From Myxococcota bacterium (GTDB taxonomy: Bacteria > Myxococcota_A > Polyangia > Polyangiales > Houyiibacteriaceae), in NCBI GenBank assembly GCA_039030515.1, contig JBCCEA010000004.1, forward strand, positions 64,001 to 128,000: a stretch of DNA of 64,000 nt. Direction: 5' to 3'. The stretch's first letter is position 1. Every line of letters starts with the position of its first letter. The notes below the pieces were generated by a model, which did no database searches, was not told the DNA's origin, and saw nothing but the letters and a program-made list of their open reading frames with translations. Shown in pieces: positions 41,489-51,530 of this stretch. The translations under genes were made by a program, and so were the position numbers.

Positions 41489-43219
41489 ATGCCGCGGTAC
41501 TCTTGGAGATGGGGCTGCATGGACATCGTTTGGGCGCTTTGCGTGTTGGCAGGCGCCCTTAGTTCGTCTCAGGCGATGATCTCGTCCCAGGCGACGGCTC
41601 AGGACCCCTCCCCACGGGAAGAGAAGATCGCTGCCGTCGACTTGGAACTCTTCGGCGTCAGCGATCCGAACGAAGAGTCTCGCGAACGCGTGGTCGACGA
41701 GATTCCCGCAGCGCTCACGAGTGAGGTGTCCCCTCCGCCAAGGCGGGCTTCGTTTGGGAATCGGGATCTATCCTGGCTTCAGAATCTGGAGATGCCGGAC
41801 ATTCCCATCCGCTGGGACGAGCGCGTAGTCCGCTACCTAGAGTTTTTTCGGGACGATCCTCGCGGCCACAGCTTCATACGAGCTTGGATGCAGCGCAAGG
41901 TTCGCTACGGCTCCATGATCCGAAAGGTGCTGCGAGAGCTAGAGCTGCCGGAAGATCTTCTCTACGTGGCTATGGTGGAGAGCGGATTCGATCCGACCGC
42001 ACAAAGCAGCGCGGGCGCAGCCGGCATGTGGCAGTTTATCGAGTCGACGGGCGCAGAGTATGGTCTGACGCGAGACCATTGGATCGATGAAAGGCTCGAT
42101 CCTCTGAAGGCCACCCGATCCGGAGCCCGTTACCTCACAATGCTGGAACAGAGATTCGGCAGCTGGGAGCTTGCGTTCGCGGCGTACAATATGGGATTTG
42201 GCGCACTCCTTCGCTCCATTCGGAAATACAACACCAACGACTACTGGCTGCTCAGCCGCATCGAAGCAGGTCTGCCGTTTGAGACCTCGGTATACGTGGC
42301 CCGAATCATGGCCTGCGCGATTGTGGGGCGGAACCTGCACCGCTTTGGGCTTGAGGACCTCCCCGCAGAACAACCCGCGGGATGGACCTACATCGATGTG
42401 CCGGGAGGTATCAGTCTTCGCAGACTGGCCCGAACAGCGGAACTCGAACCGGACGTTCTCAATGCGTTAAACCCGGAGCTTCGAAGACAGCAAACACCGA
42501 GAAATCACGATCGATATCGACTACGCATTCCGCTTGAAGCAAGGGATCGATTTGTCGTCCGTTGGAATCGGCAGCCACGCCAGCAGTCGACACGCAGCTA
42601 CCAAGTTCGATTTGGCGAAAGACTAAGCCATATCGCCACCCGGTTTCGCACCACGGCGCGTTCTCTGCGTCAATTGAACGAACTCGAGGACGATCAAGAC
42701 GTGGGCGTTGGCACGGTATTGCTCGTCCCAGCGGTGGACCCGTCCGAACTCCCTGGTGAAGTTCCAAATGTTGCAGTCCCCGAAACCCGATTCAGCTACC
42801 CAGAGCGAACGCGGATATTTTATCGCATCGCAGCGGGGGATACTTTATCGGAAATCGCAGGGTTCTTCCGAGTCAGCATCGACGATCTCCGAAGATGGAA
42901 CCACGTGTCCCAAGAAGCGCATCTTCAAAAAGGCATGATCATGCAGCTCTTCGTGTCTCGAGATGTAGACCTAACTCAAGCTCTGGTGCTCACCGATGAT
43001 GAGGTCACCACGATGGTACTGGGAAGCGAGGAATTCTTTAATTTTCACGAGCAGAGACAGGGCCGAACACGGATTCGGTACACGGTCCGCGCCGGGGATA
43101 CCCTGAGTGAGATCGCGGAGCGGTTCGGGATCGACCTGAGGTCACTGACCCGCATCAATCGAATTTCCCACGCGGATTCACTGCAGATAGGTCAGGAACT
43201 CATCGTATACGTGAAGTAA
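41489..43219 (+). CDS. MltD-like lytic transglycosylase with LysM domains
   Basis: AMVESGF, AAGMWQF, AAYNMG; LysM repeats (YRIAAGDTLSEIA, YTVRAGDTLSEIA). Confidence 0.92.
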   Translation: MPRYSWRWGCMDIVWALCVLAGALSSSQAMISSQATAQDPSPREEKIAAVDLELFGVSDPNEESRERVVDEIPAALTSEVSPPPRRASFGNRDLSWLQNLEMPDIPIRWDERVVRYLEFFRDDPRGHSFIRAWMQRKVRYGSMIRKVLRELELPEDLLYVAMVESGFDPTAQSSAGAAGMWQFIESTGAEYGLTRDHWIDERLDPLKATRSGARYLTMLEQRFGSWELAFAAYNMGFGALLRSIRKYNTNDYWLLSRIEAGLPFETSVYVARIMACAIVGRNLHRFGLEDLPAEQPAGWTYIDVPGGISLRRLARTAELEPDVLNALNPELRRQQTPRNHDRYRLRIPLEARDRFVVRWNRQPRQQSTRSYQVRFGERLSHIATRFRTTARSLRQLNELEDDQDVGVGTVLLVPAVDPSELPGEVPNVAVPETRFSYPERTRIFYRIAAGDTLSEIAGFFRVSIDDLRRWNHVSQEAHLQKGMIMQLFVSRDVDLTQALVLTDDEVTTMVLGSEEFFNFHEQRQGRTRIRYTVRAGDTLSEIAERFGIDLRSLTRINRISHADSLQIGQELIVYVK

Positions 43220-43289
43220 TCAGCTCGGTTCGCGTCAGAGCTCGGCAAATTCTAGCGCGACGCAGGCTGGTTTGATCGCGAAAGCGAGA

Positions 43290-44615
43290 TCAAAGGCTTT
43301 GAGGACTGCAGCGTAGCCAGGTGGACGCACACTGCAGGGAGGCTGCGCTGAGAAGCGTTGCGGAGGATCCGGCGCCTGACTGCCGCGCTCCCCAGGTGAG
43401 TAGAATGTCCCCAGTGGACGAGGCGACACCCAAACCGATCGCACCGTTTGAAAAGTTCGCGGCGGCCACCTCATAATTCTCGACCACTTCACCGGTACTG
43501 CCGTGGACGAAGTCCAGTGCGATATGCTCATCGCCCTCATTATCGGCCCGGTACGCTACTGCGAGACCACCCTGATATGCGATCGCCCTAGGAAGCCGTG
43601 CCTCCACCGGGAACACGGAGAGTGTGCGCTCGGCTCTGCGCACGGTGCCGTCTAGCTCCAGCAAAATACCCCGCATGACGTTGCGACCACCAGCCTCGGC
43701 GGAAAAGGCGACGATCCCAGCTTGATCATCAAAGGCCATCGAAACTTCGTCGAGCGCGTTGCTTTCGGCATTCACCACCAAAGGCGTGCTCGTGGGCGCT
43801 GCGGTCTCGGGACTCAAACGAACCACGAATACATCGCCGTTCTGTACGTATGCAGCCATCGGAGTGCTGCTGGTCCCGAGGAACAGTCTGGGAATGCGCT
43901 CCAACTCATAGCTTGCGATGTCCTGGGCGGGTCCTAAATTGCTTCCGTCGAACGTACGGGTTTGCAACATCCAGTTGGGACCGATGCGGATCGAATACCC
44001 GATAACCCAAGCGCCCTCGACTCCGGCGATCGAAGGATGGCGTGCGTCAAACTCCACGGCGGTCACGTCGAATTCCGAAGAGCCTTCGATAAGACGCACT
44101 CGGATCTGGTAGCGCGCGCGCTGTCCACCATCATCTTCCCATGCCACCAAACCTGCCGATGCAAAGGGATTGCTCGCGGAGGCAGTGTCGTTTGTAAGCT
44201 TGGTTTGAGCGAATTCGATAGAGCCTGGGGCCACCGAAGCACGATAGAGGTCCTCAAACGTTCCGTCCGACTGGTTCCATAAGGCAAAAAACGCGTCGCC
44301 CGACGCGTCTACCGACATGTGACGAATACCGGGAAGTGAGTCCGATGAAAGCTCGAAAGGATTGATGGAGCACCGCTCATCGTCCGGCACCGTTGTCGCA
44401 TCTGAAGCGTCGGTGGCGACCGAAGCGTCTGACTCGTTCGGAACCCCTGAATCTGCACGGCTACTGTCCTGACCTCCCAAGGCAGCATCGCCTGCACTCC
44501 CGAATCCAGGCGGACCATTCGTCCCCGAGCAAGCGGCAAGCCACATACCGAGCCATATCGGCAACCGACTCAAGTTCTGCAAGCAACAGCGGAAGCGGAC
44601 AAACAACAGCATCAC
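43290..44615 (-). CDS. Hypothetical lipoprotein, beta-rich (possible propeller)
   Basis: Lipobox LAAC; D/A/S-rich linker; repeated short beta strands ending in aromatic residues. Confidence 0.7.
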   Translation of the reverse strand: MMLLFVRFRCCLQNLSRLPIWLGMWLAACSGTNGPPGFGSAGDAALGGQDSSRADSGVPNESDASVATDASDATTVPDDERCSINPFELSSDSLPGIRHMSVDASGDAFFALWNQSDGTFEDLYRASVAPGSIEFAQTKLTNDTASASNPFASAGLVAWEDDGGQRARYQIRVRLIEGSSEFDVTAVEFDARHPSIAGVEGAWVIGYSIRIGPNWMLQTRTFDGSNLGPAQDIASYELERIPRLFLGTSSTPMAAYVQNGDVFVVRLSPETAAPTSTPLVVNAESNALDEVSMAFDDQAGIVAFSAEAGGRNVMRGILLELDGTVRRAERTLSVFPVEARLPRAIAYQGGLAVAYRADNEGDEHIALDFVHGSTGEVVENYEVAAANFSNGAIGLGVASSTGDILLTWGARQSGAGSSATLLSAASLQCASTWLRCSPQSL

Positions 44616-44616
44616 C

Positions 44617-45702
44617 TCAATCTCTCACCGGGGGAGTTTGAATACACGTGGTGGGACCACCACCCACCGGCATGGCGCACAATTGACCCGGTGGACAATC
44701 CGACTGCGCGGCACAATCACCAATGTCGACGCATTCATCGATACCATCACCCCAAATGTCGGTGCAGATCAGACCTGCGTCACAATCCGACGTCGTAGTG
44801 CAGGGACCGTATATCTGACATTCGGTAACCGGTGAGAATGCGGTCTTTCCGCAGACCTGACCTTCCACACCGCAATCTGAGAGGAACGTGCATGCTCCCG
44901 GAAAAGAGCACTCAGAGGAACCGTCGCTATTGACGTCCACGCACGCGGATACTCCAAAAAGCGAAATGCAGGCATCATCGTTCTCACAGGGCGTATGTAG
45001 TCGAACGCATATCGGCGGCGAGCCCGGAAGCCGGACCGAGCTGCTCCCGCCCGAGTCTGCACAGAAAAACCCAGCGGGGCACGCATCCTCAAACGGGTCG
45101 CAGAGTACCCGACGATCGATGCAGGTTCCCTCGTCACAGGAAAATCCGAGTGGGCAGTCTCGAGAATCGTTACAGCTATCTGAATTTGAAACGCACACCG
45201 ACTCTACGACCGAGCCTGCGAACGCGCACGAAGAGTGTTCTGAGCAGTTGGTCGAACCTCCGACCATAGCCTCGGAATCGTTACAAAGACGCCCTGAGGG
45301 CATGCAAACAAACTCATCGCAGCCCGTGTCAAGGCACTCTGTGTTGGGCGGGCAAATCAATACGTCCGTGGCGCAGTCCAACACCTCTTCATCGGTCACA
45401 AAACTACAGGGGTCCGTAATCGCGGCTGAGGCATCGCCGCCGCCGTCCAAAATCAAGCCTCCGTCATCGGGGCCGCCGTCTTGGACCGATCCGTCTAACG
45501 CAGAGCCACCGTCCATATCGAGTGAGCCATCACCAGACCCTGATCCATCTATGGGTCCCGCAGACCCGTCCGACGAAGAAGCATCGAACGCTACACCCGA
45601 GTCACTCGATAACACCGAACCGCTGTCCTCAGAGCATGCGAGTACGGTCAAGGTGAACGCCCCTACCGAACAACAATGGAACATGAGACCAGGTCGCCTC
45701 AT
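44617..45702 (-). CDS. Cys-rich repeat lipoprotein
   Basis: Lipobox VLAC; D-G/S-rich linker; repeated CxxxxDCxxGxxC units. Confidence 0.8.
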   Translation of the reverse strand: MRRPGLMFHCCSVGAFTLTVLACSEDSGSVLSSDSGVAFDASSSDGSAGPIDGSGSGDGSLDMDGGSALDGSVQDGGPDDGGLILDGGGDASAAITDPCSFVTDEEVLDCATDVLICPPNTECLDTGCDEFVCMPSGRLCNDSEAMVGGSTNCSEHSSCAFAGSVVESVCVSNSDSCNDSRDCPLGFSCDEGTCIDRRVLCDPFEDACPAGFFCADSGGSSSVRLPGSPPICVRLHTPCENDDACISLFGVSACVDVNSDGSSECSFPGACTFLSDCGVEGQVCGKTAFSPVTECQIYGPCTTTSDCDAGLICTDIWGDGIDECVDIGDCAAQSDCPPGQLCAMPVGGGPTTCIQTPPVRD

Positions 45703-45742
45703 ATCTTTCCCCCCTTGACGCTATTCACGGTCCACACATTCG

Positions 45743-48280
45743 CTATTCGCTATCGACACACTGATACTCTAGCGAGTAGGTCCTCAGTATGGGCGTGGAA
45801 GTTTGATCGCTCGAGGCGCGAAATTTACTCGTCACGCGTAAAAATGGTAGGAAGTTGCTCTCTCCATCATCGACAAGAAGCTGACCGACATCGATCGGAG
45901 AAGTACCGGAAGGCACGATGACCGACACTGGGTTTGCAGAACCAAGCTCCGCTTGGGTGTTCGCCGTCCGGAACTCGAACTCGAGCTCGGAGTCGGAGGG
46001 AGTGGAAACGTCGAACACCCAATCCTTCCAGTCAGGGCGCTGAGGCGGGATCGCGCAGGTGTCGCTCGCGTCAAAGTCACGCAGGTAAAACCCTTCCACT
46101 TCGTAGGTGGTGCTGGTCGGGGGAACCACGATACGGACTGGCAAAATATCTTGTACAGAGCCGTCCAGCAGTACTTCGATGGTGAAGTCAAAAACTTGCT
46201 CCGTAGGGGTTGCGGGCGCGACATCGTTGAAGAAGTTGACCTCAAAGTTCAGGGTGGTCCCTGGTAGACATCGATCGAACATCGAGCCGTCCGCGGAAAT
46301 CCCGTCGCAGCGACCTGGAGGAAAGGACTCGGCAATGACCGAGTCGACAAGGGTGGTCTCATCAAAAGAAGTCGTGGCGGGATTGTCGACAGCTCGGACT
46401 GAAATATCGAACCGGGTCGCGTTGGCCAAATCATCGATCGCATCGACCACCGCGGAGTCGAGCCCGGTGCCGTCCCAGGCGATATTGAACACGAAGGGAT
46501 TGCCCGAGCCATCGACCGAACTGCTCAGATTGGCCAAGGCAACTGCGTCGTTGTAGGGAGTGCCCGTGCCACCCGAGTTGACGGTGATGACCCGAGTCTC
46601 TCGAGCGGTGAGTTCGGTCTGCAGCTCTGACCACGAGACGGGAAACGGTGGCGGGGCCACGGCAGGAGGCGTCCCAAACCGTAGAGTGTGCACGCCTGAG
46701 ACGATGGTGCCGTCGTAGCCGTAGTTGTCTATCAAAAGAAAATAGTTGCCGGCGTTCAGGAAGATGTCGTACGGCCACCAGGTCGTGATGCAGCCGAGCA
46801 CCAGATTCTGACTCGCATCGTAGATGGCACCACGGAAGGACCAAAGGGACGAAATCGGATACAGACGATAGGTTTTGTTTTCAGAAACCGAAAACTGCAC
46901 CATCGAATCAGGTCCTTCTTCCCCAAACCAGCAGCTGCCGTTGAGATCCGCGCCCATCGGGGTCGTGTCGCTAATGATGTCCACCCAGTCAGTCGTGACA
47001 TCCCCGATGTCATGGGCGTTCGCGAAGTCTTCCGCTGATGGGGGCACATTCACCGTACGAAGCGCCGGAGGGGGGGTTGGGGTAAAGTCGCTGACGAGGT
47101 AGTCATAGGCGGCGAACGAGCCGTTGTGCATCGGCGCATCGGTGAAATGCAGCAAGATGGGGATCGTATCTGCACGAAAGCATGGATAACCCCAACGGTC
47201 GGCATCCGGACAGACCCCGCGCGGGCTCAGGTAGCTACCGAACCCGTCTCCGGTCACTGCAGCGTACATGGCCTGAGTCTGACCCTCAGGCCAATCCGAG
47301 CCGCCGGACGCAAAAAGGGAGTTCACCCCAGTCTGTACGGAGACGAAGTCATCGGTGATGTCGACGACGTGCGCGAACACAACGTCGGATCCCCCACCGT
47401 AAGAACTCACTGGAAAATCGTCGTATCTACCGAGACCGACCCACGCGTTAGGGATGGTGCATTGAATCGCGCCGACAAGCCCTCCGGTGCAGCCCGTGAT
47501 GAACTGACCGGTCGTGAGGGCCGTCTGCAGGTTGGCTATCTCGCCGTCCATCGACCCGGTGCTGTCCATCAGGATGTACACATCGGCAGTCGTCACGAAA
47601 GCGTCGAAGGTAAACGTGTCGATCTCCGTGTCACCAAAAGGAAGGACATGGAAGAATCCCGTTGTGCTCCCTCGGCCTACTCGGGTCGGGTCGTTCGGAA
47701 ACTCGTCAGCGATGTCTGCGACACCGTCTCCGTCGACATCTGACATGCCCGTCACAGACGGCGGGACGACAGCAGCACCTACGGCCCGAAGACCGATCCC
47801 TCCGGAACCGGAGTGGAACACGACGTCTTCGGAGTTGCCCAAAGTCAGATCCCCATCGTTGGGCTCTCCTCGAGCCACACTGCACGTAGGTTCACAGTCT
47901 GCACAGCTTTCCGCAGGTTGCTCGAGAGCCGAGCGAAGCACTCCTGGCTCGTCTCGACCGTCCCGGCAGGAGCTCCAAATGCCTGCTTCGCATACCCGCA
48001 CGCCGAAGCTGCATTGGCCCTCAACCCTCGTGCCGCATCGAACCGGCGGAGTGTCCTCGAAACACGGGCAGCCCGTATCGGGTCGGGCGCAATCGCCCAT
48101 CTGCAGCGCAGCAACGTGTTCGGGCTGGTCGGATGAGGTTTGCTCAGCGGACCGACAAGCCGAGATGGAGCCGAGAAGGCAGAAGAGAACACCAAAACGC
48201 TTTATGACTAAGCCAAACACCAAGCGCTCATCACCGATGCGGCCCAGCGAAAAGCCGAATCTAAATCGACGTCCCATCAT
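45743..48280 (-). CDS. VWA-domain, Cys-rich surface lipoprotein (adhesin-like)
   Basis: Lipobox ISAC; N-terminal Cys cluster; TSP3-like DVDGDGVADIADEFPNDP; MIDAS-like DVYILMDSTGSM, GGSDWPE, FTDAPMH. Confidence 0.8.
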   Translation of the reverse strand: MMGRRFRFGFSLGRIGDERLVFGLVIKRFGVLFCLLGSISACRSAEQTSSDQPEHVAALQMGDCARPDTGCPCFEDTPPVRCGTRVEGQCSFGVRVCEAGIWSSCRDGRDEPGVLRSALEQPAESCADCEPTCSVARGEPNDGDLTLGNSEDVVFHSGSGGIGLRAVGAAVVPPSVTGMSDVDGDGVADIADEFPNDPTRVGRGSTTGFFHVLPFGDTEIDTFTFDAFVTTADVYILMDSTGSMDGEIANLQTALTTGQFITGCTGGLVGAIQCTIPNAWVGLGRYDDFPVSSYGGGSDVVFAHVVDITDDFVSVQTGVNSLFASGGSDWPEGQTQAMYAAVTGDGFGSYLSPRGVCPDADRWGYPCFRADTIPILLHFTDAPMHNGSFAAYDYLVSDFTPTPPPALRTVNVPPSAEDFANAHDIGDVTTDWVDIISDTTPMGADLNGSCWFGEEGPDSMVQFSVSENKTYRLYPISSLWSFRGAIYDASQNLVLGCITTWWPYDIFLNAGNYFLLIDNYGYDGTIVSGVHTLRFGTPPAVAPPPFPVSWSELQTELTARETRVITVNSGGTGTPYNDAVALANLSSSVDGSGNPFVFNIAWDGTGLDSAVVDAIDDLANATRFDISVRAVDNPATTSFDETTLVDSVIAESFPPGRCDGISADGSMFDRCLPGTTLNFEVNFFNDVAPATPTEQVFDFTIEVLLDGSVQDILPVRIVVPPTSTTYEVEGFYLRDFDASDTCAIPPQRPDWKDWVFDVSTPSDSELEFEFRTANTQAELGSANPVSVIVPSGTSPIDVGQLLVDDGESNFLPFLRVTSKFRASSDQTSTPILRTYSLEYQCVDSE

Positions 48281-48435
48281 ACCAACCCCATCATAGCAGC
48301 AACCTGATTGTATAATTACACAAATCCTCGCTTGTCACACGTCGTTCTCGAAAAGTTGGCAGCACATCGTGCCCCCTTCTGCGGTCGAGACACACTCGCA
48401 GCGCTCTAATATGCTGCATCGGCTGTCGAGGAAGG

Positions 48436-50229
48436 TCAGGAAGGCTGCCGAAACGCCAGCGGCAGTCGAATGGTGAATACGGTGCGACCAGGTTCTGACT
48501 CGAGCTTGATCGACCCTCCGTGGGCGTCTACGATCTGGCGAACGATCGCGAGCCCCAAACCGCTCCCGCCGCTTTTCCCGTGCGTCGTGAAGGAGTCGAA
48601 CAAGCGCGTTCTTATCGCTTCTGGAATTCCGGAGCCATCGTCCCGAAAAGAGAGCAGGAGATCTCCGCTTTGCTCGCACTTGCAGACGCGAATGCGAAAC
48701 AGGCCTCCCTTTGCACCGATCGCTTCGGAGGCATTTCGAGCGAGATTATGAATGGCGCGTTGGATCTTCTGGGCATCAAAATACGCGACGCCCCGATACA
48801 CAAGATCCAACTCTACCGTGACGTGGCTTTCGGACAGGTCTCGCTTCAGCTGCTCGACCAGTTCCTCAAAGAAACGATGCAGATACACTTTGCGAACCCA
48901 AAGCGTTCGGTCTCCTCGGGCGAACGCCAAAGTCTCTCGAGTCATCGAGTTGATCAACGCGACCTGCCTCAATGCGGTCGATCCAAACCCCTGCCTTTTT
49001 TCCTTGTCTTCCTCATCCACAAGCATCTGGACGTAGCCGCTCACCACGGTCATCGGGGTTCTCAAGTCGTGTAGGACGCCGGAGAGAAATTGGCCGATGG
49101 ACGAAAGACGATCTTCTCTTGCGCGCTGCGCCCGACTCTCTGCCAAGTGGATGGCGTTTGCAGCATGCCCGGCAATGACGGTCGCGAACTTGACCTCATC
49201 TTCGCAAAACGCTCCATCGCCTTGATTCTTATCGATCAACGCAAGTGCTCCAATCCCGCCGTCCCAGCGCATCGGAACGCAAAGCATACTTTTCGCTACG
49301 TAACCGAACTCTCGATAGAGCCGTTCGGAATGACGGGGATCCACGGTCACGTCGCCCACTACCTGAGCATGTTGATGGGTTGCTACCCAGCTGGAGATCC
49401 CTTCGCCAACAGGCACATGTATACAGTGCAGTTTTGATTCAGCTTCCAAGGCACTTCGAAATCGCAGCGCTCCCAGGGGTTTTTCGACCAGCAGGATCGA
49501 GGCAGCAGTCGCCTCCATCGCCCGCATCGCCCGCACCAGCACCCCTTCTAGAAGTTCTTCAAGTCCGTCGGTGCTCGCCGAGATTTGAGCGATCTCAAAG
49601 AGAACATCGAGTTCACATACCTTCCGCTCGAGCGCTTCCTTCGTCTCCAGAAGCTCGATGTTCTTCCCGACCACCGAAAGAAAAAGTTTGCTGTTCTCAA
49701 TGCAGACCGCAGCCTGAGAAGAGAGTGCACTCAGCAGTGCTTCATCATCTTCGGTAAAGTCTCCGGAGGTTTTGTTGAGCACCTGAACGACACCTATCGT
49801 GCGTCCATGATGATTTTTCATCGGCACCCCCAGGATAGACCGGGTGCGATAGCCTGTTCGACGATCCCATTCTCCGTCGAAGCGGAGGTCCTGGTAGGCA
49901 TCTCGAATGTTGAGCGTGCGACCCGTCTGAGCAACCCAACCGGCGAGCCCCTCTCCGACTCTGAGCCGAATCTCGCGAAACTGAGTACCCTGCGCGATCT
50001 TGGACCAGAGCTCGCCCTTGTCCTCATCGAGAAGGTACAGCGTCGAGCGGTCTGCCTCCATGACCTGACCAATTCGGTCGAGGACCATGGAGAGAAGTTC
50101 GTCGAGGTCTAAAGTCGAACCCAGCGCGGCGCCTATATCTTGTAACGCCTTGAGCTTACGACGTTCTCTTTCGAGAGCATCGCTCAGCTGGCCCATCTGA
50201 GCCAACGGTGGAGGGTCTTCAACGGTCAT
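48436..50229 (-). CDS. Cytoplasmic GAF-GAF sensor histidine kinase
   Basis: Two GAF domains; H-box HDLRTPM; NLARNA, DDGSGI, GSGLGL; no TM segment. Confidence 0.93.
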   Translation of the reverse strand: MTVEDPPPLAQMGQLSDALERERRKLKALQDIGAALGSTLDLDELLSMVLDRIGQVMEADRSTLYLLDEDKGELWSKIAQGTQFREIRLRVGEGLAGWVAQTGRTLNIRDAYQDLRFDGEWDRRTGYRTRSILGVPMKNHHGRTIGVVQVLNKTSGDFTEDDEALLSALSSQAAVCIENSKLFLSVVGKNIELLETKEALERKVCELDVLFEIAQISASTDGLEELLEGVLVRAMRAMEATAASILLVEKPLGALRFRSALEAESKLHCIHVPVGEGISSWVATHQHAQVVGDVTVDPRHSERLYREFGYVAKSMLCVPMRWDGGIGALALIDKNQGDGAFCEDEVKFATVIAGHAANAIHLAESRAQRAREDRLSSIGQFLSGVLHDLRTPMTVVSGYVQMLVDEEDKEKRQGFGSTALRQVALINSMTRETLAFARGDRTLWVRKVYLHRFFEELVEQLKRDLSESHVTVELDLVYRGVAYFDAQKIQRAIHNLARNASEAIGAKGGLFRIRVCKCEQSGDLLLSFRDDGSGIPEAIRTRLFDSFTTHGKSGGSGLGLAIVRQIVDAHGGSIKLESEPGRTVFTIRLPLAFRQPS

Positions 50230-50360
50230 CTCCGACCCGTTTCCTCAAACCCACATTCCCTTACAACCTCGGACAACAACACATGCGTCTCCAGGCGATC
50301 GATTCGCTCAAACCAAGGGGAGCGCGCCCGTGTGCAGGGTACCCTAGAATGAGCCAAGGC

Positions 50361-51530
50361 TTAAAAGCCACGCCTCAATTCTACCCGATCACCCATCACC
50401 ACCTCACGAACCGACCGGGTGACGAGCAAACCGGCGGTGTTCGGCCTCAAGTTCACAACCCTCCCTTCCGCGATCACTTCAAGGGGATAGTTCTCGGCTT
50501 CTTCGGCATGCTCGAAAGTCTCGCCCGAGGCACGTCGAGCGATGCCCACATCTCGATATGAGGCCAGCCACTCGTCGGCTTCTCGAACGACAAACACCCG
50601 ATTGCCCACGCGAACCCCCTGCAGTTCGCCCACATCGATGAAGATGATCTGACTGTCGGCATGAAACTCTCGAGGTCGCAGCGCGGCTACCACCTTGGCA
50701 TTCAAATCACGTTCGCTAGAGACTGGCTCGATCATATCGAACCGCCGCGGTATGGCCGCGACTCGATCTCCTCGCTCGATAGGGTCGAGCGCTTCGGTCA
50801 CCACGCCTCTAGCGACAGCGCTCTGTGCATCGTAACTCTGCAAGCGAATGGTGCCGTAAATCCGAACAAGAGCCCCCTTTTCATCGTCCATTCGCTCCCG
50901 CGATGGCACGCGGCGAAAAACGGTGTACTCGGCACCCGGCCGTATGTCCTGTTCGTTCTCGAAGCGGAGATAGACTTCGTCCCACTCGGAGAGCAGCATA
51001 TGCTCCTCCGGCGAGCCGACGATCACCGCTGACCGCTGCAGCGCGTCACGGTCGAGATATCCCTCGTCACGCAACCAAACAGTATCCGATTCATGGAGAA
51101 TCAGGCCGCGCGGGGTGGCCCTACCCTGCACCGGCAATGCCGCGGAGCCCAATCCCGGTCGAAGTCGGACGATATCGTTTGGATAGATCCAATGCGGATT
51201 GGTGACTTCCGGATTGTAGGACCAAAGACGGGGCCAGTGCCAATGGCTGCCGTAGTAGCGCTGGGCAAGGTCCCAAAGCGTATCTCCTCGACGAACCTGA
51301 TGCGCCGCGGGAACATCCCGAGTGCGCTCGCGACCGCGAATGGTGATCCCGCGACCGGTCTGACGCGACTCACTGAGCGTCGCGGGAGAGTCTCGAACCG
51401 GGCGCTGTCGCTGCTCCGTCGAGGTCATCCATTCGGACTCCGCCGCGTGCTGAGCCCATGCCGGTTCACCGAAACCCGCACCCCAGTCCAACGAAAGCAG
51501 CACACCCATCACCGCCAAGACCTTGTTCAT
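50361..51530 (-). CDS. LysM protein, TsaP-like (type IV pilus secretin-associated)
   Basis: Signal peptide; VRRGDTLWDLAQRYYGSHWHWPRLWSYNPEVTNPHWIYP; FlgT-like beta C-terminus (IDVGELQGVRVG). Confidence 0.75.
   Translation of the reverse strand: MNKVLAVMGVLLSLDWGAGFGEPAWAQHAAESEWMTSTEQRQRPVRDSPATLSESRQTGRGITIRGRERTRDVPAAHQVRRGDTLWDLAQRYYGSHWHWPRLWSYNPEVTNPHWIYPNDIVRLRPGLGSAALPVQGRATPRGLILHESDTVWLRDEGYLDRDALQRSAVIVGSPEEHMLLSEWDEVYLRFENEQDIRPGAEYTVFRRVPSRERMDDEKGALVRIYGTIRLQSYDAQSAVARGVVTEALDPIERGDRVAAIPRRFDMIEPVSSERDLNAKVVAALRPREFHADSQIIFIDVGELQGVRVGNRVFVVREADEWLASYRDVGIARRASGETFEHAEEAENYPLEVIAEGRVVNLRPNTAGLLVTRSVREVVMGDRVELRRGF

Noticed and set aside
43290..48280. TraA/TraB kin-recognition locus
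   Set aside because: No MYXO-CTERM tail and no OmpA/beta-barrel TraB partner is visible.
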